Shown here piece by piece: positions 27,829 through 37,170 of a DNA stretch of 64,000 nucleotides. The notes beneath the pieces are model-generated. The model did not search any database, had not been told where the DNA came from, and was given only the letters and a program-made list of their open reading frames with translations. Positions within the stretch are counted from its first letter, which is position 1, and every line of letters starts with the position of its first letter. A program made the translations under genes and the position numbers. The DNA comes from an uncultured virus (IMG/VR IMGVR_UViG_3300025652_000046) (taxonomy: Duplodnaviria; Heunggongvirae; Uroviricota; Caudoviricetes), in IMG/VR virus record IMGVR_UViG_3300025652_000046, one strand, 5' to 3'.

Positions 27829-28134
27829 CTATCTTACACAATTAGCGAAAGTATTATTTTTAAATTGAATTGTAGTAGCCCATTTTTCAGCATGTGTTCT
27901 ACGTAGTCTCCATTTAACTGCTGCTGGTACAAGCGCTTTAACTTCTTTTATCGTGAATGACTTGTATAACTCTGCCATGTCCTCGTTGTTCTGACGTGCT
28001 GTCATTATGTGACCAGCCATATTGGCTAACAAGTGGCAACCTTGAACCTTTAGATCTCTAAGCTGTTCAGTGCTTGCCTGTGCGGTGCTTGTTAATACTA
28101 GTGTAGATGCTAATAATATCATTGCTAATTTCAT
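27829..28134 (-). CDS. Exported hypothetical protein
   Basis: signal peptide MKLAMILLASTLVLTSTAQA; two Cys. Confidence 0.7.
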   Translation of the reverse strand: MKLAMILLASTLVLTSTAQASTEQLRDLKVQGCHLLANMAGHIMTARQNNEDMAELYKSFTIKEVKALVPAAVKWRLRRTHAEKWATTIQFKNNTFANCVR

Positions 28135-28136
28135 TT

Positions 28137-28550
28137 TTATTTACCTTTAGTTAAGTTGTCTGCGATTACTGATTCGTAGTGAGCTACTACCTCGTCCTCT
28201 CTGCGGTAAGCTTCGATTTCATGGGGTTGCTCTAGGTAGGGTAGAGAGAAGTCAAAGTCGTCTCCCCGTAGATACTGCATGACATGAATTAACTCATGAC
28301 CTACCATACGTTTAAAGTTGTCTTCTGTTTCTTCTAGTTTAGGGTCATACGATACTTCAAAGAAATGGATTCCCAACTGAGAACCCAAATACTCTAAGTA
28401 CGCGGATTCTGAGGGTACTTCCCCCTCTTTAGTTTCAAAGTTAACAATTACAAAGCCAACATCGGGTAATTCCCGTGCAACATATTGTAACATGATATCC
28501 TTCATTTCTTCTATTTCATCTTTAGTAAACACGGGTTTCTCCTCAGCCAT
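28137..28550 (-). CDS. Zincin-like metallopeptidase (cytoplasmic paralogue)
   Basis: HELIHVMQ...PHEIEAY. Confidence 0.75.
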   Translation of the reverse strand: MAEEKPVFTKDEIEEMKDIMLQYVARELPDVGFVIVNFETKEGEVPSESAYLEYLGSQLGIHFFEVSYDPKLEETEDNFKRMVGHELIHVMQYLRGDDFDFSLPYLEQPHEIEAYRREDEVVAHYESVIADNLTKGK

Positions 28551-28695
28551 TACTGACGTCCCAGCTTTCAACTAATTTTGATTGAAGCCTCTTTTCTTCT
28601 TTACGTTGTAGTCTACGAGCCTTTGCTTCTCTCGCTATTTTAAATTTCCGTTTCTGTATTGTATCTCTGTGAAGCCATGCGAACATAAATTTCTC

Positions 28696-28881
28696 CTAAT
28701 TAAACTTACGGGTGTTTGCATTACCATTTTTTATATAACGTTGGTGTTCTCTCCTGGTTGGCCAAGTGAGAAGCAAGTAGCCCGTGTGTAGCACATTAAC
28801 TACAACAATACCACCTAACCAAAATATAAGAACAACTGATGCCATGTATACGATGAAAAGTCCTATTGTAGTAATTAACAT
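28696..28881 (-). CDS. Small membrane protein
   Basis: hydrophobic N-terminal half, AGGAG RBS. Confidence 0.6.
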   Translation of the reverse strand: MLITTIGLFIVYMASVVLIFWLGGIVVVNVLHTGYLLLTWPTRREHQRYIKNGNANTRKFN

Positions 28882-28896
28882 AAATTTCTCCTGGGT

Positions 28897-29298
28897 TTAT
28901 TTACAAAATGTATAAAGCTGTTTTTCAAGTTTAAAGGCTTCTATTTCATGCTTGCGATCATGATACGCTGGTTCCGTATCAAAAGTGTCTCCACGTAGAT
29001 GCTGCATGATATGAACCATTTCGTGAGCAATAGTTAACTTTGCATCTCTGTGGCCTGTGATGAGTCTCTTATTTAGAACAAGGGCACTTGTGTTCTCATC
29101 GTTAGTAGTAGCGAAGTATCCATATACATTACGTAATCTCTCGTCCTTCATCCATACTCTGTGGTCTGTATCTTGTAGTCCTAGAGCGGTAGCTACCTGT
29201 GCAGCACATTCAACATGCTTAGTTGAACCGATGAACTCAAGCGCATTAACGTTAAAAGTAAACATAGCAGTAATAATGATAGCAATAAAAGTTTTCAT
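28897..29298 (-). CDS. Zincin-like metallopeptidase with signal peptide
   Basis: MKTFIAIII...VNA signal; HEMVHIMQ...HEIEAF. Confidence 0.75.
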   Translation of the reverse strand: MKTFIAIIITAMFTFNVNALEFIGSTKHVECAAQVATALGLQDTDHRVWMKDERLRNVYGYFATTNDENTSALVLNKRLITGHRDAKLTIAHEMVHIMQHLRGDTFDTEPAYHDRKHEIEAFKLEKQLYTFCK

Positions 29299-29353
29299 AG
29301 TAGTTCCTTAGGGTTTAGTTTAATAGGGTTACGAGGTTAAATAAAAAGGACCC

Positions 29354-29647
29354 TTAAGCTATAATAGCATCAAGGGCGTTGTAGTAAAATTCGCGGAGTT
29401 GAACATCATTTTCGATAACAAGCTCGACGCCGTTACCTACTGATTTGTTGTAATTGTTTTCCTTGTTGATCATGCGTGGCTCAACTTTTTGAAAGTCTGC
29501 ATCAAATTCAATCTCAAGTATTGTACTTCCGTAGTTGTTAGCAACTGCTTTTGAAGGGGTTAAGTGGAAAGGTAAACGAATTGTACCTTTTTCTATAGCT
29601 GCAATTACTGTCGCAGGGTTGTCAGTTCCGTGGTAATAAATGGTCAT
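29354..29647 (-). CDS. Possible small ADP-ribosyltransferase-fold protein
   Basis: YHGT, FHLT....A..YG, terminal ELVI strand. Confidence 0.45.
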   Translation of the reverse strand: MTIYYHGTDNPATVIAAIEKGTIRLPFHLTPSKAVANNYGSTILEIEFDADFQKVEPRMINKENNYNKSVGNGVELVIENDVQLREFYYNALDAIIA

Positions 29648-29651
29648 AGTG

Positions 29652-29852
29652 TCATCCCTCTAGTTTAATTAGTTTAGTAACAATTAGTTTGTTAGCGAAC
29701 CACAGTTCCTCTATCCGAGCAGCAACATCCTCTCTGTTGTTGTTCTTAAGTAAGAGTTTAATTTCGGTACTGTTGATATCAGACAGCAGGTGTAGCTTAG
29801 CGATATAATCTTTTTGAATAGCAGTAGTAGTGGCGCATATAGAATAGTACAT
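29652..29852 (-). CDS. Hypothetical early protein
   Basis: first gene after the repeat promoter; conserved leader. Confidence 0.6.
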   Translation of the reverse strand: MYYSICATTTAIQKDYIAKLHLLSDINSTEIKLLLKNNNREDVAARIEELWFANKLIVTKLIKLEG

Positions 29853-29904
29853 AGTGATCCCTTAGGGTTTAGGTTAAATAGATTAAGTATAGAAGGGTCT
29901 TTTA

Positions 29905-29940
29905 ATTCTTCCATTATAGATACATCATTTTTCTCACTTT
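29905..29940 (-). promoter_or_regulatory. 36-bp direct repeat copy 2, candidate early promoter
   Basis: identical to 27771-27806; contains TATAAT; lies just after the structural-operon terminator. Confidence 0.7.
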
Positions 29941-29965
29941 TTTGGCCCCTTTTTGGCCCCTTTTT

Positions 29966-30003
29966 AATAAAAATAACCCCCAAAACCGTGAGGTCTTGAG
30001 GGT
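29966..30003 (-). terminator. Terminator closing the structural gene block
   Basis: accctcaagacc-tcac-ggttttgggggt + tattttt. Confidence 0.7.
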
Positions 30004-30032
30004 AAATTTTATTCATGTGTAGCGTGGTATTG

Positions 30033-30326
30033 CTATTTGTTTACAATTCGCATTACACGAGTACGATCGTCAATCCGACCACCAGAGGTAGTGACTCTAC
30101 AAGTGATAGAGTAATTAGATTTCAATTTTCCAGCTGTCATCCAAACTACAACCTGATCTGCCAACAGCGCAGATTCATCTACAACCAGTTGGTCAATGTC
30201 AGTCTGGGGTGTTACGAGCACCTCATAGCTAATAATCGAGTCACCATCAGGTACCCAATCAGACCAGTCAAATACATAGTCTAATCTAGCCTGGGGGTCC
30301 TTAGTCCAAGTTTCCGTAGTTGCCAT
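30033..30326 (-). CDS. Probable virion fibre/adaptor protein
   Basis: KDP...LDY.FDW..W and TT..GR..DR pattern seen in phage structural adaptors. Confidence 0.6.
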   Translation of the reverse strand: MATTETWTKDPQARLDYVFDWSDWVPDGDSIISYEVLVTPQTDIDQLVVDESALLADQVVVWMTAGKLKSNYSITCRVTTSGGRIDDRTRVMRIVNK

Positions 30327-30334
30327 CTTATCCC

Positions 30335-30862
30335 CTACGCAGCGGTCTCGCCAGTTAGTGAGAAGGTACAGCTATCAGTTGCCGCAGCAACAGTAGTGTT
30401 AATTACAGTACGGCGTATCCAGATTGCTTGGAAGTCACCCGCATTAGTGTTACCAGCGAAAGTAAGGTCAGCTGAGAAAGCCTGAGCGCCTCCGCCAATT
30501 GTAACCCAAACTGCGCCTGCTGGTGCTGTATCTTCGTTTGCAATAGTCCCAGCGGTAACATTAACTGCATCTTGGATAGAGAAGTGAATTGAAGTATCAG
30601 GGTCAGTAGCATCAGTAATCAATGCTAATGCTGGACTGATGAGGTCATTCTCTTCAGCACCTGTACCGAAGCTTTTATTTTGTACATATATACAACGATA
30701 CTCCGTGTCACCAGCAGTAGATTCAGCAGAACTGATTTGGTCAAAAAGACCATTAAGGCCAGCCGTTAATTCAGTAGCAGTAATAGCGCCACCGAGTGAA
30801 TTGATTGCTGAGACTGAGTTAGTAGATTCGAAAAATTTGATGTTAGCTGTATTGATAGCCAT
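30335..30862 (-). CDS. Probable virion structural protein
   Basis: SLGG.I, LFD.IS..E...G..EYRCIY, AIWIRR; A/T/D-rich. Confidence 0.6.
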   Translation of the reverse strand: MAINTANIKFFESTNSVSAINSLGGAITATELTAGLNGLFDQISSAESTAGDTEYRCIYVQNKSFGTGAEENDLISPALALITDATDPDTSIHFSIQDAVNVTAGTIANEDTAPAGAVWVTIGGGAQAFSADLTFAGNTNAGDFQAIWIRRTVINTTVAAATDSCTFSLTGETAA

Positions 30863-30910
30863 TTGGTAATTCCTTGTTTAATTTTGTTGAGAGTATTCTC
30901 ATTGAGTTGT

Positions 30911-31540
30911 TTATTCAGTAACTAAGAAACTTCTGTCTTCTGATTCGACAGTCATAGTTCTGATTGAGGGTGCGGTGATGTTAATGACTTGTATACGTTT
31001 GTTCCAATTTAATGTTACTGACTTACTCACTAGGCCATCATCGAGTTTGTCCCAATTGAAAACCACACTGATAGTTGTGATCGGTTTATTTTTATTCCAA
31101 TCCAATACTATAGATTTACTTACTGGGGAATTTGCTGCGAGCTTATTCCAATCTAATGCAGTCTGCTTAGAAACTGATACGAGCTTATTCCAATCTAATA
31201 CTATAGATTCACTTACTGGGGAATTTGTTGCGATCTTATTCCAATCTAATGTAGTCTGCTTGGAAACTGATACGAGCTTATTCCAATCTAATACTATAGA
31301 TTTACTTACTGGGGAATTTGCTGCGATCTTATTCCAATCTAATGTAGTCTGCTTGGAAACTGATTTTAGCTTATTCCAATCTAATGTAGTCTGCTTGGAA
31401 ACCGATTCGCGCTTATCCCAGTCTAATGTAGTCTGCTTAGAAACTGATTCGAGCTTATTCCACTCAACCAGTAACGGTTTAGATAATGGGGTAGTGGCTA
31501 CAGACCAATTATTCAACCCTCCCCATACATTTAAAGACAT
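30911..31540 (-). CDS. Trp-repeat protein (VSK....DWNK units)
   Basis: about 11 repeats of 14 or 17 aa. Confidence 0.7.
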   Translation of the reverse strand: MSLNVWGGLNNWSVATTPLSKPLLVEWNKLESVSKQTTLDWDKRESVSKQTTLDWNKLKSVSKQTTLDWNKIAANSPVSKSIVLDWNKLVSVSKQTTLDWNKIATNSPVSESIVLDWNKLVSVSKQTALDWNKLAANSPVSKSIVLDWNKNKPITTISVVFNWDKLDDGLVSKSVTLNWNKRIQVINITAPSIRTMTVESEDRSFLVTE

Positions 31541-33228
31541 TACTCAGTAACTCCTATGTAGGCCATCCCAGTAACAGGTGCATTGCTACCCTCAATAAGT
31601 GTCCAAGTTTCCGTGCCTGTATTTACTGTTAATATGGTTGAGCTACTACCACCTGAAAATGTTAATGACTTGGTTTCTATTAGCAGCTTTGTTGTGTTGT
31701 TGTATGTGTCAGCAGTGTATGAACCGTCTGGCGTTCCTGTGCTTAATAGGTTTAATGTAGACACAGCAGCAGCTAAAGGGAATGCCGCCAATCTTATATC
31801 CCTAGCTGCGATAGCATCCGCTTCTAATATAACATGGATATCATCATTGGCTGCGTTTGTGGTGCTTGATATATCAATTACCTGCAAATCACCACCATCA
31901 AAGACAAATGCATTGCCAGATATAACCGTATCAAAAACACCTCTAACATTATTTAGGCTCGCAATAGGTATAGAGGAATTACTCCCGTTTGATGGAAAGT
32001 AAGTTAAATAGTGATTAGTCCCGAAGTCTGTATTTAAGTCCGTCAACATACCAGTTAAATCGCTCTCAAATGTGACTATATTTGTTTCCTGTATAGCGTC
32101 TGACTCACCACCAATAGATGCTGTAAATTCCAAGCCACCACAGTCATCATGGAATGCTTGTATCTTTGTGTAATTTGCCCCCCCTTTTTTCCAGAGACTT
32201 ATCCTAGTGCCACCCACAGCTACGTTAGCAAAGCAAATCGGTATTCCTTGGTCTGAATATGACTGCGCCATTCTTGCAGCAATAGAGCCATCCATTACAC
32301 CCTCTGTTCTCATTGGGTCGGCTAAAACTGAAAATACACCACCCTTATACATTGACGGTGTCGGGTTATTGCCAGTAACGGTTGGTGTAAATAAATTTTC
32401 TACCCTGCCAGCCTCGTTTGATTGCCACCAGAAAGCAACACAAGCCGCCGCTTTCAATCTTAATTTTGTATCTGTTTGAGCTGGTGCGTTACTAAGCCTT
32501 ACACTTAAGTCGACCTCGCCATTAATAACAACATTACCTGTAAATGTTGTTGTTGGGCTTGCATCTAATGTTAACCACGTAGAGCCATTGATAGTGTATT
32601 CTACGGCTGTAGCGCCAGTAACAGTACCAGCAACAGTAAATGTAGCGTTACCACTTCCATCTCGCTGTCTACACTGGTCGTTACTTAATGATGTTATTGA
32701 TATTGATTCATCTAGTGCTGTAAATCCGCCAGAAGTAAAACCAGAAAGTGTACCATTTTGGGCTGATGTGGTGTCAACAAGTGTAGTGCCTACTCCATCC
32801 ATATTATAAGTACGTGTTGCGTTATTATCGCCAGACATAGTTAATATGCCACTCATTAACCCCTCATATGGTAATGCACCGCCGTTATATGTACCTAAAA
32901 CGTTGAGTATTACAGTACCAGTTTCTTCTACCGTACCAGCCACTCCATCAACTGTAAAGGTAACAGTGGTTCCAATTCTTTTCCATTCCCAGATTACCGT
33001 ATCACCAGTAGTATAACTACCAACTAATATATCAGAACCGTTAGTTTTTGCTCCCAGATTACCAGCAGAGCGGCCAACAGCCAACCATGAAAGCGGGCCA
33101 TTTATGTCTCCTAAAAATACCTGTATGGCACTATCCTTGTACTCTGTGGTTCCTGAGATTAAAAAGTCGCCTGTCTCGGACCACTCAGGGATGGTTACGA
33201 GACCACCGCCATCAAATTGTAAAGCCAT
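31540..33228 (-). CDS. Virion appendage with lectin-like N-terminus and SGNH/sialate O-acetylesterase-like domain
   Basis: QSNEAG block I, AVGGT.IS.W, GESDA, DDIH catalytic pattern. Confidence 0.65.
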   Translation of the reverse strand: MALQFDGGGLVTIPEWSETGDFLISGTTEYKDSAIQVFLGDINGPLSWLAVGRSAGNLGAKTNGSDILVGSYTTGDTVIWEWKRIGTTVTFTVDGVAGTVEETGTVILNVLGTYNGGALPYEGLMSGILTMSGDNNATRTYNMDGVGTTLVDTTSAQNGTLSGFTSGGFTALDESISITSLSNDQCRQRDGSGNATFTVAGTVTGATAVEYTINGSTWLTLDASPTTTFTGNVVINGEVDLSVRLSNAPAQTDTKLRLKAAACVAFWWQSNEAGRVENLFTPTVTGNNPTPSMYKGGVFSVLADPMRTEGVMDGSIAARMAQSYSDQGIPICFANVAVGGTRISLWKKGGANYTKIQAFHDDCGGLEFTASIGGESDAIQETNIVTFESDLTGMLTDLNTDFGTNHYLTYFPSNGSNSSIPIASLNNVRGVFDTVISGNAFVFDGGDLQVIDISSTTNAANDDIHVILEADAIAARDIRLAAFPLAAAVSTLNLLSTGTPDGSYTADTYNNTTKLLIETKSLTFSGGSSSTILTVNTGTETWTLIEGSNAPVTGMAYIGVTE

Positions 33229-33305
33229 TGTTCATTTCCCCTTTTTTGTTTATGTTAAGTGATGTCATTTCACCACCCTCTTTGTTTTTTCTCATATTAA
33301 TTTCC

Positions 33306-34556
33306 TTATCTTTCTCTTACTTGCCAGTTTGAATCCAGCTCCAGTGTACAATCCCCTGTCCCACTCTCGTTAGACACTTCCCAAAATACATACTCATTTT
33401 GGTTTAGTATTGCTGATGTAGTACCTGTGTAGAATGCTACATCACGGCCACCTGAGAGATTGTTTATAGGACGCGTATAAGAGCGCACTATTGTCGGTGT
33501 GCCGCCCGAGACCTTAACTAGGGATATTTTGTAGTCGTTGTTTGCTGTACCTTCTAATACAAAGTTGTGTAAACAAATGTACTCAATTGGTTTTATACCA
33601 ATGTGTCTAAGCTGGCCGTTAGCCGGGCTGTCAAAGTGCTGCAAATCAGAGGCCCCGAAAGTACCTGCTATTGGTAGAGGTGCATTCTGTGTTACTATCT
33701 CAGTTAATACTTCTAAATCGCACTGTGTACTACCACCAACGAATGTATTTGATATACCGAGGTTGTTAGTCCAATCACATGCTAGATTTGAAGCTAGTAG
33801 GTTGCTGAATATATTTACATCATTTGCATCAAATACACCATCACGGCTAAACAATGCTCCTTGAATCTGCACTGTTGAGGGGTTAGGGAACATAGCTGTT
33901 GTGAAGTCGCAGAACGGTTGTAATGTCCCTAAGTCACAGTTAATGTCTGTTAAGAATCTAGAGTTCATTTGAAATGCAGTACCAGCTTTAAACAGTGGTT
34001 CTGTAGTTGTATCACTCATAGACCTGACGATAGATGTTGTTATTCTAAAACCACCTACCCATGTACCATGTAGGGTCAACGATGGTGAACCTCCGAATCT
34101 ACCAGTACCAGTTTCAAGACCCTGTCTGTAGTTATAGATGTCACCTAATGAAGTACAACCATTATAATTGACACGTGAGAATTCAAACGCGTTGAAGCCT
34201 GTTGCATCTGTTAGGTCATACACTTTAGAGTTTGTACCTGATGTTGTTATACTGTAATCTTGCCCTAATACATTCCCAGAACCACCTACCGGAGACACAA
34301 ACATGGTGTAGTTATCTTCACTAGATATTAGTTGAGAGATATCAAAGCTACCACCGCGTAAGTTCAATCCAGTTGAAGGTACTTCTATTGTCTGTGTACC
34401 CATATCGATAATACCATCTATGTAATACTCTATGGTACTGTCCAGTATGCCTGCTAAATCACTAGCTTTCGTTACTACTGTACGAGTGGCTAATGTTTGT
34501 CCGTTTTGCCCCGCCTGGCTGGGTATCATCCCAGGGGAGTTGTAAGTTAAAGACAT
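33306..34556 (-). CDS. Putative virion fibre/appendage protein 2
   Basis: N-terminus MSLTYNSPGMIPSQAGQ shared with 34653-36872; beta-rich. Confidence 0.6.
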   Translation of the reverse strand: MSLTYNSPGMIPSQAGQNGQTLATRTVVTKASDLAGILDSTIEYYIDGIIDMGTQTIEVPSTGLNLRGGSFDISQLISSEDNYTMFVSPVGGSGNVLGQDYSITTSGTNSKVYDLTDATGFNAFEFSRVNYNGCTSLGDIYNYRQGLETGTGRFGGSPSLTLHGTWVGGFRITTSIVRSMSDTTTEPLFKAGTAFQMNSRFLTDINCDLGTLQPFCDFTTAMFPNPSTVQIQGALFSRDGVFDANDVNIFSNLLASNLACDWTNNLGISNTFVGGSTQCDLEVLTEIVTQNAPLPIAGTFGASDLQHFDSPANGQLRHIGIKPIEYICLHNFVLEGTANNDYKISLVKVSGGTPTIVRSYTRPINNLSGGRDVAFYTGTTSAILNQNEYVFWEVSNESGTGDCTLELDSNWQVRER

Positions 34557-34652
34557 TACATAACTCCTATATTAAGTTCTTTAAATTTGTTAGACACAGA
34601 TGTATCCTCGTTGGTTTAGCTTCCTTTCACTGTATTGTACAACTCCTAGTTG

Positions 34653-36872
34653 TTAAATAATTTCGTAGTTAGCAGGTTCTAGTACATATGACACATAGCC
34701 GTACGTATCAGGAACACTTAAAGTTAAGAGGTCAGCTGTAGTTTTTGGTATTTTAAAACCACCAGCAACATCACCGATGTCTACCTGTAAAGCTATTGGC
34801 GGTGCAAATGTACCATACGTCACATTGAGTAGTGGAGCTACCGAAGCATACCACACAAGCCCTGCGTCACCTGTATCAAAAGTAGATTCTACTGATACTA
34901 AATACTTAGCTGTTTTAAGATAACCAATGTTACCACTAACGTTTGTGTTGACTATGATAGTTAAGTTATACAGACCTGCCTTGTTAAAAGGTATCTGCAT
35001 TTTCTGAACACCACCACCAGTTACCCAAGGAAACGGTCTACGTACTTTTGAATACGTTACGTTTGGTAAGTAATTTTGTGGTGTAGGTGTGTTTGGGTCT
35101 ATTTCAGTGTACTCATATAATGGCGCACTAAGTGACTTATTATCAAAATTATCTACCCTAATTGTTGTACTAGGATTAGAGTTTGTTACACCTATCAAAG
35201 CCTGTGTTGAGGCCTGTGCTCCTCCGTCAATATGACCTTCGAAGAAACCCCCAGCGATTGTAAACTCTGTTGGTAACGTACCATCAATTACTGCTAATGC
35301 TCGTTCCCATACAAATTCACTAGGTTCATGGAGTACATCAGTTTCAAGCTTGTCTATGGTTACAGAAGCATTTTTTACGTAAAAACCTTTCGATGTAGTA
35401 CCCTGGCTTAACTCTGCTATTGCTTGTTGTTTAATAGAAATCGTACCGATCTTAAGTTTGTTACCTGCCCCAGTTACTATACCAGCCCAACCATCATAGT
35501 TATTCGCATCGATTCTACCAATGCTAACATCAGATGATATACCTGCAATATCTATAATTGCTAGAAACGATGCCATAGTACCCTGTGTCTTAGATACTAA
35601 TCTGTCAATCCTAAAGTTAGTAGGAGCCGCAGTACCTGCAACGGTTAGCGGAGCATACTTAGTAAAGTTACTTTGGTAAAGCCCAATATCTATGTTATCA
35701 GGTGCGCCTGAAACGTATAACCCAAAGTTAACATCAAAAGTGTATATCTCACTTAACATTATATTAACACAGTCTCCGAAGTCAATAGCTTTAAGAGTAC
35801 CAGAGTCAAAAATTATTTTACTAATTTGACCATCTGCTGCCCCATCACCAAGTCGCAACCCTACCGATGCAGCTAACCATAGATCACTTAGCACGAATCC
35901 TGGGACTCCAGATACTTCAACCGCTATATTAGAGTTCTGTGGTACAACAACCATGCTCTTTAGCAATGGTGCAGGGTCCCTTACATAAATTCCTTTAGTT
36001 GGGAATGCAGTTAAATCCGTAGTATTACTAAAATCTTCTAATTCATACTGGGCCCAACCTTCTGTACCAAGTAAGTAGTCAATTAAACATTTTCCTATAG
36101 ATACGGCAGGTATGACATTAGCGTTGGCACCACCACCACCCAATTGTGGAAACTCTGATGTGCTGTTTAGAATAAGAACCTTACTGGCTCCTTGTTCATC
36201 TCCAAAGCTAGTCATACCTTTTGGCACTGTGTAACCACTTGAAAGGTTATACTCTCCAGACTCAACCTTAGTTGCCCAAGTAAGCGTCTTAGCCACATAT
36301 CCAACTGAGTTGGTGTATACGGTCGTATCGTTTACCCAACCACCTGGGTCATCTCTGTTACCATAGAAGTTCTTTAAAACGACTCCTTGGTTCAGTAAAG
36401 TTGAAGGATCATACGATAGACGCCTAGCATCCCATTCTGAACGTAAAGATAAATGAGCTGCTCTAAATGCGCGAGTATTGTCTGCCGCCACACCTGTACC
36501 GTCAAAAGGAATAGCTCCAGTATAGTCGTAAGGGATTGCACCACACTGTTGTACACCTATTACTCCGTTAGTTGGGAGTAGCATAGCTATCTTTCCACCA
36601 ATTAGGTCATGGTCTCTCCAACCATCTCCAACAGACAGACCTGAGTATAGTTCGTATTCGGCGGGTTCTAATATGAGATACGAAGAACCTCCATAAGGTT
36701 TGCTGTTGTAGTATGCAGCAGTAGTCACCACTTTATTAACTAGTTCTGCTGCGTTGGTTATAGCTAGTAGTGCTGCTACTGATTCAAGCTCTAGTGAAGA
36801 ACTTTGCAATGCTGCTCCTGCTTGCCCTGCCTGAGAAGGTATCATACCAGGGGAGTTATAGGTTAAAGACAT
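34653..36872 (-). CDS. Putative tailspike/depolymerase-like appendage protein 1
   Basis: V.Q.GA...DG...DNT.AF.AA motif typical of the start of pectate-lyase-like beta-helices; start taken at MSLTYNSPG. Confidence 0.65.
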   Translation of the reverse strand: MSLTYNSPGMIPSQAGQAGAALQSSSLELESVAALLAITNAAELVNKVVTTAAYYNSKPYGGSSYLILEPAEYELYSGLSVGDGWRDHDLIGGKIAMLLPTNGVIGVQQCGAIPYDYTGAIPFDGTGVAADNTRAFRAAHLSLRSEWDARRLSYDPSTLLNQGVVLKNFYGNRDDPGGWVNDTTVYTNSVGYVAKTLTWATKVESGEYNLSSGYTVPKGMTSFGDEQGASKVLILNSTSEFPQLGGGGANANVIPAVSIGKCLIDYLLGTEGWAQYELEDFSNTTDLTAFPTKGIYVRDPAPLLKSMVVVPQNSNIAVEVSGVPGFVLSDLWLAASVGLRLGDGAADGQISKIIFDSGTLKAIDFGDCVNIMLSEIYTFDVNFGLYVSGAPDNIDIGLYQSNFTKYAPLTVAGTAAPTNFRIDRLVSKTQGTMASFLAIIDIAGISSDVSIGRIDANNYDGWAGIVTGAGNKLKIGTISIKQQAIAELSQGTTSKGFYVKNASVTIDKLETDVLHEPSEFVWERALAVIDGTLPTEFTIAGGFFEGHIDGGAQASTQALIGVTNSNPSTTIRVDNFDNKSLSAPLYEYTEIDPNTPTPQNYLPNVTYSKVRRPFPWVTGGGVQKMQIPFNKAGLYNLTIIVNTNVSGNIGYLKTAKYLVSVESTFDTGDAGLVWYASVAPLLNVTYGTFAPPIALQVDIGDVAGGFKIPKTTADLLTLSVPDTYGYVSYVLEPANYEII

Positions 36873-36882
36873 TAAGCAACCC

Positions 36883-37170
36883 CTATATCGAGATACCACA
36901 AACAACAGCGAGACCGCTAGTGTTCGTAACATTTACTTTAAATTCAACAGCAGTAACTACTTCTTGTATTACACTAACACCTGTAGCAGTTAGTACATCT
37001 ATAAAATCCATAGAGGCATCAATACGTGCTTGTAACACAACGATATCTCCTGTATTAACCTTGGCTTGAAAAACACAGGTACGATTGTTTATACTGTCTC
37101 GTTGAACAGGGGAGCTAGAATAAGAGGTAGTGTTTACCTCCGCATAGAATTCTTTAAATTTGTTAGACAT
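36883..37170 (-). CDS. Small virion/adaptor-like hypothetical protein
   Basis: AAGGAG RBS; beta-rich 95 aa. Confidence 0.6.
   Translation of the reverse strand: MSNKFKEFYAEVNTTSYSSSPVQRDSINNRTCVFQAKVNTGDIVVLQARIDASMDFIDVLTATGVSVIQEVVTAVEFKVNVTNTSGLAVVCGISI

Noticed and set aside
29711..30016. 101-aa minus-strand ORF
   Set aside because: Runs across the terminator, A-tracts and promoter repeat and overlaps a better-supported gene
30975..31550. 191-aa repetitive plus-strand ORF and 42-nt repeats
   Set aside because: Mirror of the minus-strand Trp-repeat gene; not CRISPR because there are no spacers
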